Assembly: GCA_039190745.1 (NCBI GenBank)
Contig: JBCCXZ010000086.1
Span: 1 to 12,886 of the forward strand
Length of the DNA: 12,886 nt
Direction of reading: 5' to 3'
From: Planctomycetota bacterium
Lineage (GTDB): Bacteria > Planctomycetota > Planctomycetia > Pirellulales > Lacipirellulaceae
Shown here: positions 1 to 5,909 of the stretch, piece by piece
Numbering within the stretch: the first letter of the stretch is position 1
Layout of the letters: each line of letters opens with the position of its first letter
The notes under the pieces: model-generated
Databases searched by the model: none
What the model was told of the DNA's origin: nothing
The model's input: only the letters and a program-made list of their open reading frames with translations
Translations under genes and position numbers: made by a program

Positions 1-116
1 AATCCTTCAAAGTAAGGGCTATTACCTTCCAAAGCAGGTTGTGTTGCGGTACATAGCACCAAGCTCATATTGTACTGCTGACACATTCCTTGCAAAACAC
101 TAACAATTGGTTTGAG
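1..116 (-). pseudogene. cas3: Internal fragment of a CRISPR-associated helicase Cas3 (type I-C-like), 5'-truncated, running off the left edge of the window
   Basis: Hand translation of the minus strand from 116 to 3 gives LKPIVSVLQGMCQQYNMSLVLCTATQPALEGNSPYFEG. CTATQP (53-36) is SF2 helicase motif III in the 'VLCTATQPAL' form I recall from type I-C Cas3, preceded by the usual 'LKPI..VL' helix that follows DEAQ. GC is 48/116 (41%) versus 45/64 (70%) for 117-180. Upstream in frame there is no DEAQ, and a TAG occurs at 152-150. Confidence 0.72.
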
Positions 117-150
117 CCGCCGCTGAACCAGACCCCGCGGGGCCGCGCAC

Positions 151-156
151 TATAGT
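151..156 (+). promoter_or_regulatory. Possible -10 element (TATAGT) for dksA
   Basis: A 5/6 match to TATAAT in an isolated AT patch within GC-rich DNA, 220 nt before the dksA ATG. No convincing -35. Confidence 0.3.
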
Positions 157-375
157 TAGTTTGCGGCCGCCGAGGCACGACCTCCGGCGGCCCCAAGTGC
201 GTACAGAGAAAGCGTCAACAGAGAAGGCCGCCCGAACACGCCCGGAGGGATACCCGGCAACCGCGGAGCGGCAGATGCAGCAGAGAGGCACCGACGATTC
301 CAACCACCGGACCCCGCGTCACAACGGGCCCTCAAGGACGGCAGGAATCGGCCGAGCAATCGAAAGCCCAAAACG

Positions 376-816
376 ATGGCCAGAAAAGACTCGATCCTGA
401 AACTCCGCGAAATGCTGGTCACCCGCCGCGACGCCCTCCGCAAGGCGCTCGCCGGAGACCTCAGCATGCTCCAATCGCTGCGCGAGCAGATCGGCAGCGA
501 CGTGGTCGACGCCGCGCTCGACGCGGCCCAGGACGAGATTAGCTCCAAGCTCGCCGAGGTGGAGAGCCGCGAGCTGGCCAACATCGAGATCGCTCTGGAA
601 CGCATCAAAGACGGCACCTACGGCCAGTGCGAAATCTGCGGCGGCAAGATCCCGCTCGCCCGGCTCAACGCCCTGCCCTACGCCACCATGTGCATCGAGT
701 GCCAGCGCCTCTCCGAGACCGGCGGCGGCCCCGGCGGGGCCGGCGGCGACTGGAGCCGCGTCATCGACACCGGCATCGACACCGAGGTCTCGTTCTCCGA
801 CCTCGAAGCCCAGTAA
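376..816 (+). CDS. dksA: DksA/TraR-family RNA polymerase-binding transcription factor (C4 zinc finger)
   Basis: Coiled-coil tip DxxDxA (DVVDAA), 'ALERIKDGTYGQCEIC', 'IPLARLNALPYATMCIECQ' with four Zn-binding cysteines, and strong GC3 codon bias. Confidence 0.92.
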   Translation: MARKDSILKLREMLVTRRDALRKALAGDLSMLQSLREQIGSDVVDAALDAAQDEISSKLAEVESRELANIEIALERIKDGTYGQCEICGGKIPLARLNALPYATMCIECQRLSETGGGPGGAGGDWSRVIDTGIDTEVSFSDLEAQ

Positions 817-881
817 GGGAATACCGTAAGCGGCACGCAGCCACGGCGGCTCGGTTTGTTCCGATCGCCCCCGCGCTTGTG

Positions 882-887
882 TAGAAT
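882..887 (+). promoter_or_regulatory. Possible -10 element (TAGAAT) for the HtrA gene
   Basis: TAGAAT about 65 nt upstream of ATG 951, the same hexamer as in the trpD promoter candidate. The -35 is weak (TTCCGA at 17 nt). Confidence 0.3.
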
Positions 888-950
888 CGAGCGGTGCGCT
901 CCCCACACGAGCCCGCCGCCCACGGGCCGGCTCCAATAGCAAAGAAGCCC

Positions 951-2060
951 ATGCCCAAGCCGACCAGATTCGTTGCGTTCCTCTGCCTGCTGCTCGCGGC
1001 GCCGAGCGCCTCCGCCCAGCAGTCCGACAACGGCGACCGCCAGGCGATGTTCGCCGCGCTCTCCCGCGACGTCGATCTGCTCGAGAAGCAGCTCAGCATC
1101 TACAAGCGGGTCGCCCAGCTGGTCGGCCCGTCGGTCGTCCACGTCGAGGCCACCTCGCTGCCCCAGTACAGCCTGCGGATGGACATCGAGGAGGCCGGCT
1201 CCGGCATCCTGGTCCGCCTCCGCGGCGTCGACTACGTCCTGACCAACCGCCACGTCATCCGCCACTCCAGCCCCGAACTGATCCGGCTCGAGCTCTCCGA
1301 CGGCCGCCAGGTCCGCCCGGGCCGCATCTGGAGCGACAAAGAAACCGACGTCGCGGTGATGCGGATCGATGCCGACGGCCTCCTCCCTGCCCGCATCGGA
1401 GACAGCGGGCTCGTGGAGATCGGCGACCCCGTGCTCGCCTTCGGCAGCCCCTTCAACCTCCGCCAGAGCGTCACCCGCGGCATCATCAGCGCCAAGGCCC
1501 GTTCGAACTTGGACCTGGGCGACTCCAAGGGCGAGGTGAAGTACCAGAACTTCCTGCAGACCGACGCCGCCATCAACCCCGGCAACAGCGGCGGCCCGCT
1601 GGTGAACCTCCGCGGCGAGGTGATCGGCCTGAACACCGCGATTGCCAGCAACTCCGGCGGCAACGACGGCATCGGCTTCTCGATCCCCATCAACATCGCT
1701 GTCCGCATCATGCGGCAGCTGGTCGAAGACGGCCGCGTGCAGCGCGGGTTCCTGGGCGTCACGCTCGACGGCTACTACGACGCCGACAAGGCCCGCGCCG
1801 CGGGCCTGAACCGCCTAATCGGCGCCCGCATCAAGCGCGTGGCCGACAGCTCCCCCGCCGCCCTTGCAGACCTGCAGGCCGACGACATCATCCTCCGCTA
1901 CAACGGCACGTCCGTCGTCGACAGCGACCACCTGCAGTCCCTGGTGAAGCTCACCGAGATCGGCGCCGCGGTCGAGATGATCGTCCTCAGGGGTGGCGAG
2001 CGGATCAGCAAGACCGCCCAAATCGGCGGCCCCAGCGCCGCGTTCACCCCGGCCCCGTAG
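951..2060 (+). CDS. HtrA/DegP-family periplasmic serine protease (trypsin domain plus one PDZ)
   Basis: Catalytic triad motifs TNRHV, TDVAV and QTDAAINPGNSGGPL. PDZ begins at 'RGFLGV'. The Sec signal peptide MPKPTRFVAFLCLLLAAPSASA favours ATG 951 over the track's start at 894. Confidence 0.93.
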   Translation: MPKPTRFVAFLCLLLAAPSASAQQSDNGDRQAMFAALSRDVDLLEKQLSIYKRVAQLVGPSVVHVEATSLPQYSLRMDIEEAGSGILVRLRGVDYVLTNRHVIRHSSPELIRLELSDGRQVRPGRIWSDKETDVAVMRIDADGLLPARIGDSGLVEIGDPVLAFGSPFNLRQSVTRGIISAKARSNLDLGDSKGEVKYQNFLQTDAAINPGNSGGPLVNLRGEVIGLNTAIASNSGGNDGIGFSIPINIAVRIMRQLVEDGRVQRGFLGVTLDGYYDADKARAAGLNRLIGARIKRVADSSPAALADLQADDIILRYNGTSVVDSDHLQSLVKLTEIGAAVEMIVLRGGERISKTAQIGGPSAAFTPAP

Positions 2061-2067
2061 CTCTCCG

Positions 2068-2145
2068 CGGTGCCATGCCCACGCTCGCGTGGGCATGCTC
2101 GGTCCCTGCAATCTCATGGCGACGACAAGCGTGGCCATGGCACCG
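2068..2145. repeat. REPIN-like element: two inverted ~30-nt palindromic REP-like units (CGGTGCCATG-type) with a 17-nt spacer
   Basis: Left unit 2068-2097 is CGGTGCCATGCCCACGCTCGCGTGGGCATG, with a perfect 11-bp hairpin 2074-2084/2087-2097. Right unit 2115-2145 reverse-complements to CGGTGCCATGGCCACGCTTGTCGTCGCCATG. The element starts 8 nt after the HtrA stop. Confidence 0.75.
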
Positions 2146-2201
2146 AGACCTTGAATGGGTGTATATACCCTAGGTTACCAATCGAACTCTTGTGAGAATC
2201 C

Positions 2202-2238
2202 TTGCGGTGTGAAACAAACTCGCGTCACAATGTGTGAC
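2202..2238 (+). promoter_or_regulatory. Candidate promoter TTGCGG-N18-CACAAT overlapped by the palindrome GTCACA-N3-TGTGAC (possible operator)
   Basis: TTGCGG 2202-2207, CACAAT 2226-2231, and a perfect inverted repeat 2224-2229/2233-2238 ending 20 nt before ATG 2259. Confidence 0.35.
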
Positions 2239-2258
2239 CAACCATAAGCGATCCAGCA

Positions 2259-3500
2259 ATGCCGCCATCTTTCACAGGATTCGCCGTCTTTGATCTCGAA
2301 ACGACCGGTCTCAGTATCCGCAGACATGATCGGATCATCGAGATTGGTGTCGTTCGTTTCGACGAGGACTTTGACCTGGTCGAAGAGTGGGAAACTCTGA
2401 TCAACCCCGAAAGAGACATCGGTGCTTCAGAAATACACGGGCTAACGGCGAGCGACCTTCGCGATGCCCCAACGTTTGCTGAGCTCTTGGTCGACATCTG
2501 GCACCGTTTCGAAGGAGCTATTCCGGTTGCTCATAATCTTGCGTTTGACCGCAGATTCTTGCTTGCAGAATTTCAACGTGCGGGAGTAGAGATTGAACAA
2601 TTTGATGGACTATGCACTTGCAAACTCGTCGAAGAGCTTGATTTGTCAACACCGAGTGCGCGACTTGAGGATGTGTGCCGCTCCCTTGGTCTTCCGATAG
2701 GAGATGCTCACAGTGCTGGACATGATGCAAAGATGGCGGCCGAGATACTTAAGCGCATTGAGAATCCAGCTTCGTTAGTTGAGGACTTAGTCCCCCCATC
2801 TTGTCCGTCCCTTTGGAAGCGTGGTGCTACACCGTTAGGAGTTACTCGTCAGAAGGCGCGAGAGACTCCAATGCGATCGGCGCTGCATACGCTAGCTCGA
2901 AGAGTAGAGCGAGAATCCGTTTCTGATGGGGCTAGCCGTGGGCAGCTGGATGAGTATCTATTGATCCTTGATCGTGTACTTGACGATCGGATTATTGAAG
3001 AGGCAGAGATTGAGGAATTGTCGTTCTTCGCAGACGAATGCGGCATTCAGCCTTCAGAGCTAGATACGCTACACGAACGCTACGTCTCAGCGCTAGCGGC
3101 TGCAGCTCTCGGTGACGGAGTTGTTACGGATGCCGAGCGTAGAGATCTGTATCGTGTATCCGATCTGCTCGGAGTTTCCCGGAGCAAAGCGGAGTCGTTG
3201 TTGGAAGTCGATCAGCTGCCTAGCGAATTTGAAACAGAAGACCTATCCGGCCTGACGGTGTGCTTCACGGGAACATCGCGGTGCCGAATCGACGGAGAAC
3301 TACTCAAACGGGACCAGCTGGAAGCGCTGGCTGAGTCATTCGGGCTAGTTCCCAAAAGGGGCGTGAGCAAGAAGCTCGATCTGGCTGTGCTCGCAGACCC
3401 AGACTCAATGTCTGGAAAGGCAAAGAAGGCGCGTGAGTACGGTGTACGAATAATGGCTGAGCGTGTGTTCTGGCGTAAGTTGGGTATTGATGTCGGCTGA
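2259..3500 (+). CDS. DEDDh 3'-5' exonuclease (DnaQ/epsilon-like) fused to a TerB-like helical region and a C-terminal BRCT domain; low-GC gene
   Basis: ExoI DLETTG, ExoII HNLAFD, ExoIII HSAGHDA. Two TerB-like acidic repeats (VLDDRIIEEAEIEEL, ALGDGVVTDAERRDL). BRCT motifs VCFTG, GVSKKLDLAV, SGKAKKAREYGV and 'VFW'. Hand-counted lines 2521-2580 (45% GC) and 2881-2940 (57%) versus 72% at 1381-1440. Confidence 0.88.
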   Translation: MPPSFTGFAVFDLETTGLSIRRHDRIIEIGVVRFDEDFDLVEEWETLINPERDIGASEIHGLTASDLRDAPTFAELLVDIWHRFEGAIPVAHNLAFDRRFLLAEFQRAGVEIEQFDGLCTCKLVEELDLSTPSARLEDVCRSLGLPIGDAHSAGHDAKMAAEILKRIENPASLVEDLVPPSCPSLWKRGATPLGVTRQKARETPMRSALHTLARRVERESVSDGASRGQLDEYLLILDRVLDDRIIEEAEIEELSFFADECGIQPSELDTLHERYVSALAAAALGDGVVTDAERRDLYRVSDLLGVSRSKAESLLEVDQLPSEFETEDLSGLTVCFTGTSRCRIDGELLKRDQLEALAESFGLVPKRGVSKKLDLAVLADPDSMSGKAKKAREYGVRIMAERVFWRKLGIDVG

Positions 3501-3519
3501 GCCGCCATTGGCAAGTCCC

Positions 3520-4440
3520 TCAAACCAACCCCCGCAAAACAAAATCCATCACCGCGTCCTCATCCACATCCACCGCCACGGTGAGGTTCGGCCGGTCGTC
3601 CGGCAGTTGGCGGCGGTCGAACACCGTCGCGCCGTAGGTGAGGTCGCCGCTGGTCTCGACGTCGCCGCTCAGGCGTTCGGTCGTGAAGATCTCCGGGTGC
3701 ACCGCCGCGGCGAGCGCCACCAGCTCGTGCATGAACATGCCCTCGACGCCCAAGCGTCGACGGTACGCGCGGAACGCCCCCGTGAGCATCGGGCACAAGA
3801 GTTCTGCCAGCAGCGGTGAGCCGACCGTCAGCCGGTCCAAGATGTCCATCCCCAGAACCACGCGGCTCGTCACGTCCAGCGGCACGAGCGTCATCGTGAT
3901 CGGCGAGTGCAGCACCTGCCGGGCACTCTCCGCGTCGCAGTAGACGTTGAACTCGGCCGCGGGAGTCACGTTCCCGGGGCCGCCGACCGTGCCGCCGGCG
4001 ATCACCAGGTGCCCGATCCGCGTGGCCAGGTCCGGCTCGCCCTGCAGCATCTGCGCGATGTTGGTGAGCGGGCCGCCGGTGACGATCGTCAGGTTCTCGC
4101 CGGCAGAACGCACCTCGTCGGCGAGCACTTTCGCACTCGGCCGCCGGTGCTGCAGCTCCGAGGCCTCTAGGTCTTGCCCGCACAGGCCGTCGGGGCCGTA
4201 GAGGTCGCGGGCGTCGGTCCGCAACGCCTGGTCCGGGGGGGCCTGCCCCAGCCGGGGCCGGGGAGACGGGTCGAGCCGTTCGACAATCGCCTGCACGTTG
4301 TGCGACGCTCGCGCGGGCGGCACGCAGCCGCCGGTCGCGGTGATCGCCGCCACCTCTAGCCGCGGGTCCCGCAGCGCGACGCAGATCGCCAGCGCGTCCC
4401 CCACGCCGGGGTCGCAGTCCAACACAAGTCTTCTAGGCAT
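3520..4440 (-). CDS. Inosine-uridine preferring nucleoside hydrolase family protein (Rih-like) with a non-canonical active site
   Basis: N-terminus MPRRLVLDCDPGVGDA (family motif DxDPGxDDA), plus GPLTNIA, GNVTPAAEFNVYCD, VPLDVT and G.T..D. The start at ATG 4440 matches family length (306 aa). Confidence 0.9.
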   Translation of the reverse strand: MPRRLVLDCDPGVGDALAICVALRDPRLEVAAITATGGCVPPARASHNVQAIVERLDPSPRPRLGQAPPDQALRTDARDLYGPDGLCGQDLEASELQHRRPSAKVLADEVRSAGENLTIVTGGPLTNIAQMLQGEPDLATRIGHLVIAGGTVGGPGNVTPAAEFNVYCDAESARQVLHSPITMTLVPLDVTSRVVLGMDILDRLTVGSPLLAELLCPMLTGAFRAYRRRLGVEGMFMHELVALAAAVHPEIFTTERLSGDVETSGDLTYGATVFDRRQLPDDRPNLTVAVDVDEDAVMDFVLRGLV

Positions 4441-4596
4441 CGGCCTCTTGCCGTATGAGGAGCATACCCCGCCCGGCGCCAGACGTGGCGCAACCGGCAC
4501 GGGGCCGAGGGGGGAGTGTAGCCGATCCACCCAAAAAAGGCAGCGCAGAACACCGCCCCGAACCCGCATCAAGCGACGCCGCAGGCACGCCACCGG

Positions 4597-4625
4597 TTGG
4601 GCGGCCGGCCAGCGGCCGATAGAAT
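4597..4625 (+). promoter_or_regulatory. Sigma70-like promoter for trpD: TTGGGC-N17-TAGAAT
   Basis: TTGGGC 4597-4602, exact 17-nt spacer, TAGAAT 4620-4625, located in the divergent intergenic region. Confidence 0.5.
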
Positions 4626-4648
4626 TTTGGCAGGCGTCATGATCTCTT

Positions 4649-4719
4649 GTAGGAGGCCTCTCCGAGGCCGATTCCGGTCCCTTAGCAAAAGCGAAATCGG
4701 GCTCGGAGAGCCCTCCTAA
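4649..4719. repeat. REPIN-like element: two inverted 25-nt GTAG-type REP units with a 21-nt spacer
   Basis: Left unit 4649-4673 is GTAGGAGGCCTCTCCGAGGCCGATT. Right unit 4695-4719 reverse-complements to TTAGGAGGGCTCTCCGAGCCCGATT. A 5' GTAG followed by a hairpin is the established layout of RAYT-associated REPs. Confidence 0.78.
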
Positions 4720-4736
4720 AGAAGAATTCCGATTGC

Positions 4737-4771
4737 CCCCTCACCCCTGACTTCCGATCACTCACCCCCAT
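4737..4771 (+). repeat. Degenerate heptamer tandem run just upstream of trpD
   Basis: CCCCTCA CCCCTGA CTTCCGA TCACTCA CCCCATC, ending 4 nt before ATG 4776. Confidence 0.35.
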
Positions 4772-4775
4772 CCCA

Positions 4776-5801
4776 ATGCCCAACTCCTTTCCCGAACTGC
4801 TCGCCGAAGTCCAAGCCGGCCGCGACCTCGGCCGCGAACAAGTCACCGAGGCCATCGGTGAGATCATGACCGGCCTGCGGTCGGACGAAGAAATCGGCGG
4901 CTTCCTCACCGCCCTGGCCGAGAAGGGCGAGACCGTCGACGAGATCGCCGGCGCCGCGGCCGCCATGCGGCGGCACATGACCCCCATCCGCAGCAGCCGA
5001 CCCAAGCTGCTCGACACCTGCGGCACCGGCGGTGACTCGAGCGGCACGTTCAACATCAGCACCGCCGCGGCCATCGTCGTCGCAGCCGCCGGCGTGCCCG
5101 TCGCCAAACACGGCAACCGCAGCGTCACCAGCAAGAGCGGCTCGGCCGACGTGCTCGCCGCGCTGGGCGTAAACATCGAGGCCGACCTGCCGCTGGTCGA
5201 GCGGTGCCTCGATGAACTGGGCCTCTGCTTCTGCTTCGCGCCGCTGATGCACCCGGCGATGAAAAACGTGGCCGCGGTCCGCAAGCGGCTCGGCATCCGC
5301 ACCGTGTTCAACCTGCTGGGGCCGCTCTCCAACCCGGCGGGCGCCCACTGCCAACTGCTCGGCGTCGGCAAGCCGGAGCTGCGACCGATGCTCGCGGCCG
5401 CCCTAGCCGCGTTGGGGGCCGAGCGCGCCCTCGTCGTCTGCGGCGATGACAGCTTGGACGAGGTCTCGCTCGCCACAACGACTAGTGGAACAAGCGTCTC
5501 GCCCGGAGGGCTGGAAGACTTCCGATGGAAGCCCGAGGACTTCGGCATCAACTCGGCGCCCCTCGACACGCTCCGCGTCTCCGGCCCCGAGGAGAGCGCG
5601 GCCGTAATCCGCGGCATCCTCGCCGGCGAGCCCGGCCCGCCCCGTGACATCGTGCTCCTAAACGCCGCCGCCGGGCTGATCGCCGCCCAAGAGACCGACG
5701 ACCCGCAAGAAGCCGCCGCCCGCTGCGCCGAGGTCCTCGACACCGGCGCCGCGAAAGACCTGCTCGCCCGCCTCAAAGAGATGACGGCAGCTTCGGCCTA
5801 G
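4776..5801 (+). CDS. trpD: Anthranilate phosphoribosyltransferase
   Basis: Motifs KGETVDEIAG, DTCGTGGD..TFNIST, AKHGNRSVTSKSGSAD, FAPLMHPAM, RTVFNLLGPLSNPA, LDEVS and VLLNAAA; 341 aa. Confidence 0.97.
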   Translation: MPNSFPELLAEVQAGRDLGREQVTEAIGEIMTGLRSDEEIGGFLTALAEKGETVDEIAGAAAAMRRHMTPIRSSRPKLLDTCGTGGDSSGTFNISTAAAIVVAAAGVPVAKHGNRSVTSKSGSADVLAALGVNIEADLPLVERCLDELGLCFCFAPLMHPAMKNVAAVRKRLGIRTVFNLLGPLSNPAGAHCQLLGVGKPELRPMLAAALAALGAERALVVCGDDSLDEVSLATTTSGTSVSPGGLEDFRWKPEDFGINSAPLDTLRVSGPEESAAVIRGILAGEPGPPRDIVLLNAAAGLIAAQETDDPQEAAARCAEVLDTGAAKDLLARLKEMTAASA

Positions 5802-5873
5802 CGCAGTCCGAGTCATTCGCTTCCAAGCTCACTGAATGCGCTGTTAGGCTGCAATAGGCTCCCCGGCCTTCAG

Positions 5874-5908
5874 CAACTGACCACTGACAACGGACCACCG
5901 ACAACTAC
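5874..5908 (+). repeat. Heptamer tandem repeat, five units (consensus CMACYGA)
   Basis: CAACTGA CCACTGA CAACGGA CCACCGA CAACTAC, ending 1 nt before the GTG at 5910. Confidence 0.7.
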
Positions 5909-5909
5909 T

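Noticed and set aside
2..103. Plus-strand open frame ILQSKGYYLPKQ...AKH* as the 3' end of a gene
   Set aside because: It has no recognisable motif, and the opposite strand carries a clear Cas3 motif III.
2208..2229. CRP/FNR-type site TGTGA...TCACA
   Set aside because: The half-sites are 12 nt apart rather than 6, so it is kept only as a generic operator candidate.
4441..4593. N-terminal extension of the nucleoside hydrolase (and the 894-950 extension of HtrA)
   Set aside because: Family similarity and the signal peptide begin at ATG 4440 and ATG 951 respectively.
4639..4719. 26-codon uORF (MISCRRPLRGRFRSLSKSEIGLGEPS) upstream of trpD as a trp attenuator leader peptide
   Set aside because: It has no Trp codons and no U-tract terminator, and it is simply a reading of the REPIN-like repeat.
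4682..5776. 364-aa minus-strand ORF, and similar long antisense ORFs at 156-617, 319-942, 1232-1762, 6875-7771, 9721-10788, 10446-11207 and 10556-11695
   Set aside because: These are shadow frames of well-supported genes. High GC makes stop codons scarce, and the translations are low-information with no motifs.
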